64,000 nucleotides of DNA from Obrimoposthia wandeli (taxonomy: Eukaryota), in contig CDROCS010000646.1 in the NCBI GenBank assembly GCA_977020255.1, positions 806,001-870,000 on the forward strand. The letters are read 5' to 3'. Below are positions 33,771-49,399 of this stretch, one piece after another. Below the pieces are notes generated by a model that saw only the letters and a list, made by a program, of their open reading frames with translations, made no database searches and was not told where the DNA came from. A program made the translations under genes and the position numbers. Position 1 is the stretch's first letter, and every line of letters starts with the position of its first letter.

Positions 33771-33901
33771 TTTTAAAGTATGTTACTAAAAATAGAATAT
33801 TAGTCATGCAATGAGTCATCGATGAGTCATAGGACGACCTCATCACGACCTTAACGTTTCCTCATACCCCTGGGAGGGCGGGTATGACTCATAATGTCTT
33901 C

Positions 33902-33990
33902 GTCCTGAAAGACGCACATCCCCCTACTTGATGTGTGTCTTTCAGGACAAAGACTCCTCGGGTGGGTCATGACCTCATGAGGTCATGACC
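33902..33990. repeat. Two palindromes near the element-2 terminus
   Basis: 19-bp arms with one mismatch and an 8-nt loop (33902-33947); perfect 26-bp palindrome GGTCATGACCTCATGAGGTCATGACC (33965-33990). Confidence 0.9.
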
Positions 33991-36900
33991 TACATTTTGT
34001 CCTCATCGTGATCTTAACTTGTCCTCGGAGAGGGTTTTGTTTCAGAAGTGATACATCTACCTACTTAAGTTTACATTTTTTTGTTATGATCCGAAAGTAA
34101 ATGAATAAATAAGTTAAAAGTAATCCGCCAAGCTGTCCAACAATAAATGCAATCTAAAACAAATTTAAGTCTACTGTATATGTTGAAGATGCTAAAAAAG
34201 AAATTGCAGGTGCTTTTAATATGTTATCTAATGACATGTGCAGCCATGTGTAATACTTGATGCATTAATTGTGAAGGAAAATCATTTTCACATTTATAAT
34301 AAAACATTATTTTTTGAGTTATTTTTATATTTGAAGTTGTAAAGCTTCTTATCAAACAGTTTTACATCTAACTTCTTCCAATTATGTATCTTACTTGCTC
34401 GCAACTTGATTTTTTGTTACCTACTTTGTTTAATAAAGCGTTTATTTTCTACATTTAAACTAACCAATATGATATGTCCTAATAGAAAATTGTAAAACTA
34501 AACTCGAGAATTCTGTCAGTGTATTGGGATACGTTCTAAATCACTTTATAATAATGATTGATATCGGTAAAATGCAAATAATGAAAGAACCGCTAATTAA
34601 TCACGTCAATTTTCTTACCAATTTGTCAGTTGGGCGGTAGTTCATAGTCAAAATTAGCTAGACTCTTTTGTAGCCTTTCATTAAGTTAATTAACAGCATT
34701 GATCTATACCTACTAGGAATTTAAACATATTAAAAAAACTCTTGGGCACAACTTTCAAAAGTATCTTTTAAAATGTGGAAAATATTGATTTGTAAAAAAG
34801 TGCTTAAGTACGACTGATATTTTTGTAAAAGCACGGATTAATAAAATGATTTGATTTCAACGAAATATATCCGTTATATGCGATTACAATTGTGATCTCA
34901 AATCCATTTATTAGCTTTTAACACATTAATTAAAAAAAGGCTAAAATAACTTTAATATTTTATTAAGAATGTCTAATTCTTTAAAAAAATTACCTCTTTA
35001 TCCTTTACACCATGATCGTTATAACTATTGTGCATATCTCACTAACTGCTACTTTCATATGCTACACAATTTAAAGTCATTATTGATAAGTGCTTTTGGT
35101 ACAGAGATATATACATGCAAAAATTTAAAATTGTATTAGAGAGGGTTTATTGTATCCCTTATTTTATTTAATCAATTTAAATAGTTGTAATATTAATGCA
35201 AATTCAATGATAAACAATGTCTGCCATAAAACTGCTCAACATTTTTTAACTTAAATTTTTTCAAAATAAATATTAAATGGATAAATATATCGTATAAAAA
35301 TTCTAATGAGTATGACACCGCTTTCGTTCTTTAAAAAGTGTTGTAAAAGTTCATTTATAGCATTTTCAGTAATGCTTTTCAGGTTTATAAAATGTTGTGG
35401 GAAAGATATCTTAATGTTTATGGACATGTTTCATTAGTTTTCTTTTTGCATGTGGAAAACTCGAGAAATTCGACTGGCTAGATTAAAAGATATAGTTAGT
35501 ATTTTTGTTATTATTTGTATGTATGGTATCTTGCATTGTCTTACGGCAACATCAAATTACTGCTGGTAACTGTAGGGTTTCTACCAATCTCCGTACATAA
35601 TTTTGTTAAGACAGCTAACAATAGAGCCAAAGGAGAAAACAAATTGACTAGCTATGCACTCAACAGGAATTCTCAAAACGCACAAAATTTTGGGATAATC
35701 AAAAATAACTTTTTGAATATTTTATTACACCAGACATGTATGTATTTTGTATTAAATGTATATTGAGTATAATTTGTTAAACTGCCAATCTATTAAGGGT
35801 ATAGTTATCTTTTCTAACGTAGACATAATTCAAAAGTTAGATTCTACACACACACTATATATATATGCACGTATATTTATACACGTATACAGGAGATTTT
35901 ACAAACAAATATTGCCGGTTTCTGATTACATAACTAAATATATATTATAAAATTATATACTGTTAGTTTATATATTATTTTAAAATTGTTTATGTAGCAA
36001 TTTAATCAGCAAACAACTTATTTAAAGCTTTTAATTAGCAATATAAATGAATTTCATACTTTTACAGACATATTTTTTGATATTTCAAATTCAATATAAT
36101 TTCATGACTTTTAAATATATCAAGATTGTATTAAAAACATAGTTTCTTAATAGAATTAATATTTTGTGCTATTCGCTCACATTTTAGAATGTATTTTTAA
36201 CTTATAAGCGTAAGTTAGTCTGCACTTTTCTGCTCATTTATGTTTTAACCTTCAGCTTCCCTTGAAAATTTAGAGGATTATACGATTAAAGCTGCAGGTT
36301 TAGCAATATAAATATTCGACTACAAAGTGAGAGTAACTGCAGCAAAAGTTTCAAATTTATTTTATTCAATGCAAAAATAATTTCCACGGAAATAGTATAA
36401 TTATTCATCAGAATATCAAGTTGGGAATTACTTATTAAAAATTAATCTCTAATTAATTAAGTCTTAAAAGATTAAATAAACTTTTGCCAACTTAATCCTC
36501 AAGATTTAGTGAATTAATTCACATTAAATTTTTTAAAATAATTTTTATAGAAAATTATTTTACACCTTCACATATAAATAAATTATGAGCTCTCTGAGTA
36601 TTTCTTTTCTTTTCTTAGCCAAATTAAGATGTAAAGTGAATTTGTAACAGTTCATAACAATTAAACAAGAAAATATATTTTCTGAATTTGAGGACTTTCT
36701 CAAATCATTTCATTTAAACTAAATTGAAAGATTTATCATGTATTTAATTCTTTTAGAAAAACTTTTAAAATAATAATTGAAAGCATAATAACTTTAGATC
36801 ATATTTACAAGGAAGTATTCTCAACTGGGTATAACTGAAAATAAAAATATTCAAATTTTATGTAGTGGCAAATGTTTGTAAGATATAATTTTATTCATTG

Positions 36901-38999
36901 ATATCTGCCAAATTTATTTTTAAACTGATAAATTTTAAACTAAATAGTTAAATGTCAAACATAACAGTCTTTAAAAGATTTATTTCCTTCAATTATGTGT
37001 AATATAGGACATATTAATATATAATTATACTATTTTTCATTAAAAAAAACTGAAGTTAAAAGCGTTATTTCTTGTGAATCTTTTCAGTTCAAATCTTAGA
37101 CATATTTACTTGCTTTTTGATATACTTACTTGTTTTCTTTAACATACTTACTTGTTTTTATTAACATTTTTACTTGTTTTCTTCTGAAATGGTTGGGGTT
37201 TCCAAGGTCTAATATGTATAAATTATTAACTAGTATTACGCTTTTCTTCCAGACCAGTTTCAGTCTGTCTCCCCGGACCCAGTAAAAACTCTCCTCTAGT
37301 ATCGGTCTCTTTACTCGGATCCACCTGAAAATCTCCTTCACCGGACCAACTTCAAATTCTATCCCGGGAATCAGTGGCGGCTATCCTCTAGCATCAATTA
37401 ATCTACTCGGACCAACTCACAACTGTCCTTCTTCAGACCAGTGTCAGCTTCTATCCCTGGACCTACACCAGCCTTTAACTCGAGTCTCCTGTTGTCCAGC
37501 TTCCAGTCCCATGTTGCTGACTCCCTATTCGCTTTCATAAATATATGAGTCGATGTCTGTTGTTGTGACCCAATGGTCCCACTGCGAGAGTTGTGCACTC
37601 TATTACCACTGTTTGGAGCATGGTCTTATTCTTTTAATAAATCCATTTTTAAAATACTAGTAAAAAACATTAAACAAATTATCCTCTAAATAAAATTTTC
37701 AATTTTTTAAAAATCTTTTAATAATATAAAGTGACATACTTACATGCTTTCTTTGACATACTTATTTACTTTCTTAGATAAATATCATATATAACAATGT
37801 TTTAAAAGTCTTTCATTTTTAGCTATTGAAAATTCTTTATTCTTTTTCTAAAATTTATGCACATAGCATATTTTATGAAAATTCGAAATTTAAGCTGTAT
37901 TGTATTGTTAAAAAATCATAGTTATATAATATTTTGTAAAAATGGAAACTTGTGTTTTAAATAATTAATTGGAACACACCATTAATATGATAACTTTACT
38001 GATCTTATAGTACAATTAATATGTATAAATAATATTAAGGTCACATTTAAAAAAAAGTTGTTATGTTGCCACTTTAGTCCGATAGATATTGAAGTGTTTC
38101 TTAAAATCAAATAGGACTCCAGGGACCCATTAATAGCTATTAGGAATTATGTGTGTGTGCTCGTTACATCGAGCTTGAAAAGATCATATAGGTGTTTAAA
38201 TTTTATTAGAAAGTTAGAAAAATCCAATTAATATTAATTGGTTAATTAAAATATCAATTAAGTCAAAATGCCCTCGAATGAGCGGCAAGTTTCAAAGAAA
38301 CCGCGACGACCAGCATTTTGTCCGTTTTGTCCTTATAGACTCATCAGGCTACAGAAGAGGTCTTATATTCTATTTTGCAATAAATATTTACCGCGAAATA
38401 GAAGATAAGATTTGTCAAAGATCTAAATAAAAATAAATTTTTCTGGAGGGAGTCGCCCAGGTTGCAGCGTGCTTTAGACCAATTCTCGGCCGGGAATGGC
38501 AGTACACCCAAGTTTTCACTGCCAACCATCAATTACGTGATCAGTCTCCCTCTGCATTTTGGCTCTTATCTCAGCCAGTGGTCCAACCAGCATTTCTGCA
38601 GTTGCGCCCCCAGTTTTGCCGCTCCTCGGACTTCCCTCTGAGGCCATCAATCAGGGAGTTTATCTCCGCAAGACAGTCGCCATCGATCCGGATCGGCAAT
38701 TTTCCTCGCCGACAGCGAGGAAAGACAAATTGCTATCAATAGCAACCGATATAATTTTTCGAGACACAATTTTTCCGGGTGAAATTGATGATATTTTTAT
38801 TGATATTTTTACTGTTACTAAAAATAAAGTTTTGGTTGATCGATTTTTTGTGTTAAATTACATTGATATTTCAGAAGCGGAATAATATATTTTTACAATT
38901 TCCAAGGAGAATAATATTACATTTGGGAAATTTTAAGTGGAATAATTTATATTACAATTTCCAAGGAACATTACACTATTATGGCGGTAACAGGTCAGG

Positions 39000-40172
39000 T
39001 GTTGGTTTTCCGGGCATATGAGATGGTAGTCTCAAGCATCTTGGCTGAAGACGGTACTTTCTGCTAGAGAAGTGGTGGTCGCGTGGGATGACAACCACGA
39101 AGATTGTTATTCCTTGTCCATATACATGTATCAGGAAAGCAAATAAAGCATGTAAGCCTGCTATATACGAACAACTAATAGATTTTGAGGAATATGACCA
39201 TTTAGATAATATACCGATGAAACCGAAAAAATGGATTGAAATGTTGTGTTTTGTAGGATAATAAGAACATTCGAATATATATAGGTGAATTGAAAATAAT
39301 GCTCCAGTTAGGATACTTAAATGGCTATCAATAGTTATCGTAGATTTTGTCAAAGGACTCAAAGGACAGAATGTAATCATTGATAAGTTTTTCACCTCAA
39401 ACCAACTTACTCAGCAATTACTATGAAAACATATAACTATGTTAGGTATGACGAGAAAAAATAAACCTCGTATTTCACCAATTCCATAGCATTTACAGAA
39501 GATTCACCATTATTGTCTTATATTATAATATAAATATGTTATTCTACAAAGTACAATGTATCATAAAATGGTAATTTAAAATGACTCAAAATCAAAACCA
39601 AGAAATATCTTAGATTATAATCCGACAAAAGGTGAATGATACGTTCAATAAAGTGATATAAAATTATTCAACAGGAATAAGAACTAAAAGATGGACGTTA
39701 TATATTATAACAACCTATAATTTATTTGAATGAAAACTAAATTGTGTAGAAGGTGAATTTACATTGAGATTGTAGCAGAAGTCTTGATTAAAAATTATCT
39801 GAATCAACGAAATCAGCAACGACGATCCAGTTACTTGAAGACACCGGATAAGTGTAGCAACAGAAGAGGATATACATATAGTTTATGTAATGATATAAAT
39901 AAACCCGCATAAATATATAAAATCTAATAATTTTGTGTGTTGTCAAAATTTTCACGTGTTGTGTTTAGGTATTTTAATACATTTTCGGATATAAAATGCT
40001 CGTGTTATCCTTTAAATTTATATTCTCATAAAGATATGAAAGATTGTGGTGTAGTTACTTTAGATATATAAATTATTATTCTTAAATTTGCTCGTTAAAG
40101 TTAAAAACCTCTAGTCAAAAATGACCCAAAAATTGAATTTTATAGTACAACTTAACAATATATAAAGGTTAA
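39000..40172 (+). mobile_element. Degenerate piggyBac-like transposon
   Basis: IYEQLIDF...IPMKPKK, NVIIDKFFTS and DYNPTKG..TF....YST..RTKRW; AAAGGTTAA candidate end. Confidence 0.65.
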
Positions 40173-40879
40173 ACCTGTTGTAGTGTAATTTAAAGATTTT
40201 TATTTATTAAACCTTTGACACCCTAATTGTAAATACTTAAAAAAACCATATTGTAATAAATTGATTATTGATACTACCTCGGAAACCACAAAGCAGTGTC
40301 GTACAAAAAAAATCTTCCCTGAAGATTCAGCGGTCCTTCATGAAGTAGAAGACACCTCACGGTATATTGCTAAAGGAAATTAAAAGTCCCTGCATGTGTT
40401 TACTATTAATATAGTTTTCCTATCTTAACTTATCTTATCTTATCTAATATTTGAACATTCATATTTATTTTGTACATAATTTTATTTGTGTAAGCTTTTG
40501 TTTGGATTTTTTTCTTATGTATGTGCCTCACAATACGTCAAACGAAATGCTAAACATGTAAAGATATGTAGTCTTTTGTAAAGTACGGTTATGAGCCGTG
40601 TTTTATAATTATGTACACTTTTATTTTATTTCATGTATTTTTGATGTACCGTAAAGTACCGAATTTTACAAATTTGAAAATCTTAACATTTTATATAATC
40701 ATTTATTACTAAAAATTTCAAAAATTTCAAAATTGATATGAAATCAATTATTGGAATATATATCGTATTTTTGAATCTATATTGCCTAATAATAATATTT
40801 ATCTCAAGTTACCTTTTTAAAATCAGCTTGATATGAATGCTACATAAGCCAAATTATTGTTCGAAGAAAATTAATGAAC

Positions 40880-41570
40880 AGATATGGGAGATGTACAAAT
40901 ATTTATAGTTATTTCAATATTCTACGAATTTATGTGATTACTCTAAAGTTACCGGCTATAAGAAATAAGACGGTAGTTCACATTCTAGTACAAGTTTAGG
41001 AAATGATATAAAGATAATAAATCTTTTTAATGATAAGCCAACAACTTTTACGAGGCAAGAAAATAGAAAATTAATAATTACCGCATTTAAATACATCGAT
41101 GAGATTCATTTTTATTTAAATGGAGAGGTTAACAAGCATAATTATGTTTGTTGAAATGATAAGAGACCAAAAAATTCGCATATTTTTGAAATGCCACTTC
41201 ATTCTGATAAATCAATAGTAAAGACAGAAGTTTGGTTAAGTGGTATTTTTGGAATGTATTTTTACAGTGGAACAGAAACTATTGAAAATTCATTGGGGTT
41301 TAAATGTTCTACAGTGACTTAATTATCCAGATATAGTTGACTCATAGTGGATAGATCGAGATGGTATCTCCAATTGAACACCAAGCTCAACCGACATGAC
41401 TCCTTGTGATTTTTGGTTGTGGTGTGACTTAAACCTACAAGTTTTTTAAACTCAATTTGCGAATATCGAAGATTTGAAAGAAAGAATCACAATATGTGTC
41501 TGAAAAATATTTATAGATGTTCGAGAGACATCTATATTTCATTTTAAAAAGAGATAAGAACTAGTTGTTA
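40880..41570 (+). pseudogene. Mariner-like transposase remnant
   Basis: FYLNGEVNKHNY, MPLHS and PSSTDMTPCDFWLW. Confidence 0.7.
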
Positions 41571-44500
41571 CAATTTCAGGAAAAATTTAAAAAAATTTAA
41601 AAAAAAATCTTCAAATTTTAGTTAATTTTTTTTATTTGCCCTTACATTTTAAAATCCCCTTACATATACTGCAACTCTTCAAGGTCCTAAATTATTTTGA
41701 TTTTATTATTTTTAATATAATTTTCTGTTTTTTTAATTATTTTAAATTCTATTTAACCTTTGATTCAAGGTTTAATTTTTTTATAAATAGTTATTATTTT
41801 AATTTAATTTTATAAATTTCCTAATCTTAACACATGTTTCACAACAAATCATTGATATAAAGTTGATTTTTATCAATAAATGTGACATAAATGAATCATA
41901 GATTCTAAATATAATAAAATGTTTTATTTTGAAAACTTCTAAATGAAGAAATTTGTTTAAATAATGTGATTTGAATTTTGATCGACAATAAATATATTTG
42001 TTAAAAAAACTTTATCAGTATTCAAATAAAAAAATATAAAGAAAATGGTCATTCTTGAGTGTGGAATTCCAAGTTGCTGCCTCCAGACGATGGAGAACTC
42101 AGAAGCCGTAGCTATTTCCCCCTACTAAGCAACCCCAACATGATCTATCAACTTGCCAGGATAATGCTAACATCACCACACAACTGAAGGATCCAAAACT
42201 AGAGCGGCCGTGCATCGACATGGGAGTCAATGATGAGACGTGAAATGCTTTTGAGCAGCGTTGGAATATATTTACTAAATGCATACTATTTAATTAAAAT
42301 GTTGTAAATAATTCTGGAACGCCCAGTTTAATAGTAATGAATATATATTAAACTAAATTAATAAAATTGTAGAAAAAAATATTGTATTAAACAATTTAAA
42401 GGTTGTTATGTCAACGAAAAAAGATATTTGGAAATTTTAATATTGTCAGTTTTATTTAGATTTTGTTTGCCAATAAAATTTAATTTGCTCTTTCACCTGT
42501 GAGCTTTCTTTGATGTTTGGACAAGACGTCTAAGTCCACGGTAAATAAACTCTTCTTGGAATATGTCACCACATTGAAAACTCAACAAATAAAACAGTCT
42601 GCTCTCACAATACTCCAATCTAATGATGGAAATCTTTTAAATCGAAATGAATAAAACCGTTGAATTTCTTTTATAAAAAAGAATTGTACTATTAACAAAA
42701 TATACTTGTTGTGTATCGAGATGTATTCCCTTTATCTCTTATAATGAATTGTGATTTAAAACGTAATCGTTATGTACAAAAATGTGAATTTCATTAAAGT
42801 AAATTGTTTTGACGTTTTTATCTTCATACAGGATTATGTAAATGATTCATTAAAATATTCATTCATGCAAATAGTTCTAAGAACGCTAACAGTTTATATT
42901 GTAGTCACAGATTAGGCTTGTGTTGGATAAGCAAAAAATTTAGAAATTTAGCATACTGTTAGAACGCAGACATTATAAAAATAAAAAGAATTTGTTTATT
43001 CATAGTAAATGAAATAACCTTTAGAAAAATTAAACAAAAAATTAAAATCGAGTAAATTGTTGTGACCTTGGTGGTGAGTACAAAATGCGATTGTCGACGA
43101 AACACTCCTCAGAATAAGCAAAATGAAAAATACCATTGATATCGGATCAAGCGTCAGTGACAGTCGAATTGACATCAACGAAAAAAGTTGCCGAACAGGT
43201 CTAGCCAAATCCTGGTACGTAAACATCCGATATCAAATCAGCATCGGTCAAGTGTCGAATTGGACCACATCAAATATCGAATCTTCTCACTCAATAACCA
43301 ATCCAGTATCAAAGTTCATTCAGTAGTACACAGCTGACATCACAACAAGAATAAATCAGTTGAAAACACTCCAAACAGCAGATAAAATGCGTTGGTTTCA
43401 TAATCTGCGTTGATTAAAATCAGAACTTAGATCTTCAAGAAGCAGCGTGGAGCCGGCCCGACAACGAGGAACCACGAACATCCAACCCAGCAAACTGTCA
43501 CCAGCAAACAGTCGCGTAAAAGCCAAAGCAGGTCTGAGGATAGATCGATGCCGACATATCGAAAGCGAGAACGTAATTCCAGTAGAAACTCTAGCGGACA
43601 TTCATATTCAACAGAACATTTATTTTTATTCATTATCAGCTAATCCCAGTTGAAGTATTTTGTTATTCAACATCAAACAAATAATTAATTTTCTCGCAAT
43701 TTGCGTCACTCATCCTCCATACTGACCTGCTAAATAATCGGCATCAGTTTATTGTACACCTTGTTTTATAATCACCTATTAATTAATCTGTTGCGATATC
43801 GATTTAACTCGCTCATTTTAAATGCATTGTCAACCTGTATTAAAAGATAGCGGGACAAAAGGCGTCCTTGAAAACATGAGCATTCAACTTGTTTCTCAAC
43901 CGAAAACCAACTTCGAGAATCGACCTGCTATTTTATAGGAGAGCTAAGATCCAACATGTCTACCCGTACCGTAGATCGTAAACGTCATTTCGTAGCAGTC
44001 GTCCACCTCATAACTTGCCTACTTTATTGGTCCAGGCTCTACCAAACAATTTCTTAAAAAGGGAAACTTCATAAGTTGCCTAACGGCTGCATATTAGTCC
44101 AACATCATACCACACTAGGTTTGGGGAAAACTTGTACACAACTCTTCATACAGAATAAAAACATTCAGATTTCAATTTGACTAGGTAGGCCACAAGTTCC
44201 CCCTATTGCCATAGAATTCACCATAGAAATATCCACATGAGGCTTGTGTGCAGTTTATTCGCGCTTATATAGCGAGTTGTACTTTATTTTTCACCTTATT
44301 TATAAATTTATGTCACGAGTCAATGTCAGTGAAGATTACGCTTTAGAGAAGCCTGTTGTAATAGTGGAATTAATGATAACGAAATATCTGATTTGACATT
44401 TACTTTAAAAAAGTCACCTTATCTTCCTATTTTGTAAGTTCAAGGTAACGATGGTTCATTGAAGTGGTCACCATGTAAGTCAAATTATAAAAATCCTGAA

Positions 44501-45281
44501 ACTTCTGTTTTTACATTTGTATTACCATAAAGCCAGTTTTAGTTTCAGCTGCATATCTTCTTTCTTCTTTCTTAACTTAATAATTTGCTCTTTCTTCAAA
44601 TTTTTCAAATTAAAATGGTATTTTAAATTAAATTTAATAATCATAGAAAATTATAGAATACAATACAAAGTTTATTTAAGTTACAAAAATTGCAGATTTT
44701 AGGGAGGTATTCAATTTCAAGTATCATCAATCATTTCGTTACAAAAATTTCCGAAAGAGTTCCCTAACATGTTCAAAAATGAAGTTAAATGTCATTCAAA
44801 TCCATTGAAAAGTTCATCGTCCGCTTCGCTGTGGAGAACATCCAAAACAGCGGGATCTATTTGTAATCCAACGTTTTTTCAAATTCTGCATCTTTTCTGG
44901 AATGGTTACAATGTCAGACTGTCTACTTCAACTTTTTAAAACAATTTGTTTTCGTGTACACTTGCTCAGCTTCCCAAACTCGAATGATGAAATCGAAACT
45001 TCCGTTAACGTTGCTCTTCTTATAGGGTTGTTAGGGCTCGGTCATTTCCTCGCAAACTACCAACTCATGTATTTAGGGATCTTTCAATCATAGTACATTT
45101 AGATATACCCTTACTAAAAGTTCGTTTTCGTCGAGATATATTTGAAATTCTCGTTTTTTTCTTGCTAACGCTCGGTTTCCAGTTTCTTCAGCCTGTGAGC
45201 TAGTACAAAAAATCATAATTTTTAAAAAATAAATAATAAAATGTTATTTGATTACTGTTTTGATTTTATACATTTTGCACT

Positions 45282-45442
45282 AGTAGGGGGAAGTGGGTTT
45301 TCTGGCTCACCCCCCCTGTGTGCAAGTGAGCCAGAAGACCCTAGCAACAAGTCGCGTGCCATGGCACGTACACACCTGGAACGTGTGCGCACACCATGGC
45401 GCGTGTGCGCACACATGGTACGTGCCACATGTGTGTATTGTT
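45282..45442 (+). repeat. Solo copy of the element-3 terminal sequence
   Basis: Near-identical to 54044-54209; both begin AGTAGGGGGAAGTGGG and have unrelated flanks. Confidence 0.85.
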
Positions 45443-48400
45443 GGGTTGATCAATATCTAACTGTTTATTTTTTTTGCCACGCCACATTTTGGTTTGTTTC
45501 AAGGCATGTCAGAGGCTGCATTACTTACTACACGGATGGTTACATTGTCTTAACAGACACAAGTAATCAACGTTGGCAGTCGACTCATAAAAATAGCTGA
45601 AACTAGGCAAAGGCAATCCTCGAGTATGTTTGATCTAGCTGTTCGTGAAAGGTTTTGAAATTATGTCAATGATGCGAAGAACTCATCAAAAACATTATGA
45701 TACTTCATCTCGTTTTCTATAATATTTTCCCGAATATATTTTGTAAACAATATCACCAAGTCCTCTCTCAGAATAGCCCTCAGTATGACCACCATATAGA
45801 GTCACCTACCTAACAGGTGTTGCATCTTCTCTAATTTACACATGTTTCTAAAAAATATGAAAATAATAATTACTTATAATTTTGATAATGCTAACCCTAG
45901 CATTCAAATTGTAGTACAGTTAAAAATTATAGTTTCGAAATCAACAAAGAAATGTTTATGTTAAAAAAATTAATATATACAAACGAATATATTCTATTGA
46001 CCAAATGGCAGATGTACTATCTATACAAAATATCGAATTTCATTGCTTCACATTTTATCTAATGTTACTTTGCGTTTTATTGTTTGTTAAACTTTTTTTC
46101 TGGGGCTTTAATTTTGAATAGTACAAATATAGATTTAGAGCGCACTTCCAAGAATTTTAATGTTCCCTCTATGCACAGTCGTCCAGAAGGACTTAGCACC
46201 GCTAGTGACATTTATTCATTACACAACATTGTACTAAAATAATTTGTATATCTAGATCACGAATAAGTATTCATTGACTTGCAAGAAAGGTTATATTTCA
46301 TGGAAATAGTATATTTGAGTACAAGCCGAAATAGGGTACATGTTTACTGTTTCTCTTTATGCCACATATATTTGTATTAATTACGATTCATTCCACAAAA
46401 TTGTTCCTCTACATATATGCGCTTTATGATAGTGTTTAAAAGATTATAAAAAAATAATTAACCTTTAGTTGTAAAAAATAATGTCTGTCGTAACTTTAAA
46501 ACAGTTAAATTTTCAATTTAAAAAGCATTTATAACATACATATTTTGTAAAAAATTAACAATATTCTCATTTATTTGATTTAAAATTCAACTGTAAATAT
46601 TTCAATAACGTCATCTACCTGAAATCTTTAAAAACGATTTTATTTTGTCTATATGAAATAAACGTGGGTACCTATAATGATGTTGTCGGTTCTACGTAAT
46701 ATTTATTTTCTTGTGTCGATAAAGCCTTGGAAAATATAATTATTTATATGGTAAAATTTTCAAATTAATCTGTGGCTATCAGTTGAGAAGTTTCCGTTGT
46801 GAGTGTCCGATGTAATTCATCTCCAAGTTCATCAACATTCATTTTGAAAAGCAAAAAAAGGAAGAAAACAATCTTTAGTCGATTATCAATACCGATCAGT
46901 TCGTCTAGCTCTCGATAATCAATCAGCTAAACAAGATATCAATTTGAGGGTTCATTTTTGTGGTATGGACTACGTTTAGAAAATGTATATTTTCATTTAA
47001 TTGATAGAGATAAAAAACTTTACATTTTTTTAATAAATATGCTTTTATTTGTTATTTACATTACAAAAATAATATAACCTTAAGAGCTGAGGCAGTTGTT
47101 TATTTATTAATTGCGTCAAAGTCATGTGACAAAAATGAATTCGTGCTTATATGTGCTTATCCAGCAACACTAAACCGAAAGCTCCTATTAAAATAATGGA
47201 GCTGGATATCATAAATCGCAAAATTAAATAAATTTTGTCTTTTCTTGTTGAAAGGTTACGTTGATTTACTATTGTAAAAAGAAATGCAGAGCAAAATAAT
47301 TTACTAAATAAAATACTTGAAAAATAATATTGTTTAAAAGGGAAATACTTTTATTCCAGATATTTAACTGAAAATTCAAAAATATACAAAATCTCTATCT
47401 AGTTTAAAGTATTTTTCTTACAACTTCGTAATTGTTCATTAAGAATAGAAACATTGATAAACTATATAGCCTGGAAATAAAATGATACAAAAATAAACTT
47501 TGGTCACTAATTTACCAATTATTTTCCTATGCAAGATGTGTTAAGAAGTCTAAATAAATAATTAACTGTAATTAAACAAATACTCAAACTGAAAGAAAAT
47601 TCGTGATTCAATAAAATTAAATCTCAATTTAAATCGTAAAATTAACATTTTGTAACTATTTTTCCATTCTAATTTCAAAATAATTTGAAACAATTATGTT
47701 AGGTTTTTGGTAAAACGCAAGTTAATCATTTTTGATCTTCTGTAAATAGACTTTACGTAATATTATTTTGACTTTTTTTCCCTCAAAATGATATCAAATT
47801 TTGAAAAATTGAACTGTGTATAATTTCAGTTAATTGAAATATAAAATGTTTAAAAATGTATTATTTATATTAGATTATATTTAGTAGGGTGTAATATCAA
47901 TAAAGCATCTTTGGTTAATAAAAATAAAGTTTAAATACCGTTGAATGGTCAAAACTTTAAATGAGACTGGTTTTGAAATAATTAATTTCTACAATTATAT
48001 AATAGAATATTAAAAAAGTTATAATATTATTTCTTGTAAATAAAACTAAAGTTTAAATCATATTATTGATTTTGAATTATTTTGAAGTTAAAATTAATTA
48101 TTTTAACACTTTTTTATTTAGCAAATATCATAACTTTTTATGTCCAAACTTCTCATTATATTCAACATATTTTAAATGGCATTTAGACATTGTAAAATTT
48201 TATTTTTAAAATTTGATAAATATTAATTTTATTTTGATATGTTTAAAAATTGTTCTGTAGTTTAAAAAACTATAAATATAGAAAATGTAAAAAGCTACTA
48301 TTTAATATTGTACCCAGAATTATTTAATTCAAATAGCATATATGTTAAAATTTACTAATTGCATTAGATGATATTAGAGTATCACAGAAGTTTTCTGTTT

Positions 48401-49399
48401 ATTTTTCCAAAACCTTATTAAAATGATAAAAAAGTACATTTAATAAACTTTCTGTAAACAGCTTCTTAAAAACTTATCAACTTCTTCGTAATTTCTCTGT
48501 CGATTAAAAGCATTTACATGATATCTTTTGCTTAATCACCCAAAATACAAATACTTTAAAAATTGAAGAAAAATAATATATGTTCTTTTTTATTTTACTT
48601 TTAAATTACTTAATTGATTTAATTTTGAAACATGTCCAAAAAATGATACGTTAATATTAATATATTAATATTTACAGTTTTGTGCTACAAGTCAGGAAAG
48701 TGTTGACATTTTAAAGGTTTTTTTAATTACAATTGCAAATTAACCGCTGATAATCATAGATTTTTAGTAATTTTGTGTCAAATCTTAAATTTTTTGTAAG
48801 ATAAATGAAATATGGATTCGAAATTATTGTTATAAAGGTGAATCAAAAAAGACAAATAAGACAGTGGAATTGTTTACGTTTTAAATACAACTAAAATTCA
48901 ATTAGATTATTAGTCAAAACTTATGTAGATACTTAAAGACATTTTTGAATAATCAACATTCAAAATTATAAAATTAATAAACTATGAAATACAAAATTTC
49001 TGGGCTGAGCTAAATTACTGAATAAATGTTTACTTTTAAAATCAATATAAAGGAAACTTTCTTGATTTGTATTTGTACCGAAAATAGTTCTTACGATTGA
49101 AAACAAATATGACAAAGCGAAATCCTTCAATCACATTCATTTTAATAGTATAAGTTAATAATATTAATTCACGACTAACGACTAATATTTACTACATTTG
49201 TTTATTAAAAGAGACCAAAAGTAATAAAAAAATTAAAAACACTCTTGTTTTGCGTTTACAATATTTTAAATTGTATGCTTAACTTATCTTATCTTTAAAA
49301 TTACAGTAAATATTCTCAATTTGCCAATTTTCTTATACTTTACAAAGAAAATTTATATAAAATTATAAAATTCACCATTTCCGAAAGAAAAGCTTTTGA

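Larger units (their letters stand above)
30704..34065. mobile_element. Polinton remnant, element 2 (terminal ~3.4 kb)
   Basis: TBP, IAP and ORF-T homologs of element 1, subterminal repeats and palindromes; ends ...CTACCTACT (5'-AGTAG on the minus strand) at 34065. Confidence 0.8.

Noticed and set aside
35515-37620. Possible host exons
   Set aside because: No consistent spliced frame or known domain could be assembled by eye.
38344-38885. Possible Gag zinc-knuckle remnant on the minus strand
   Set aside because: The motif is broken by stops and frameshifts; insufficient evidence.
42099-44300. Short ORFs resembling retroelement or piggyBac fragments
   Set aside because: Only vague motif echoes and no coherent element.
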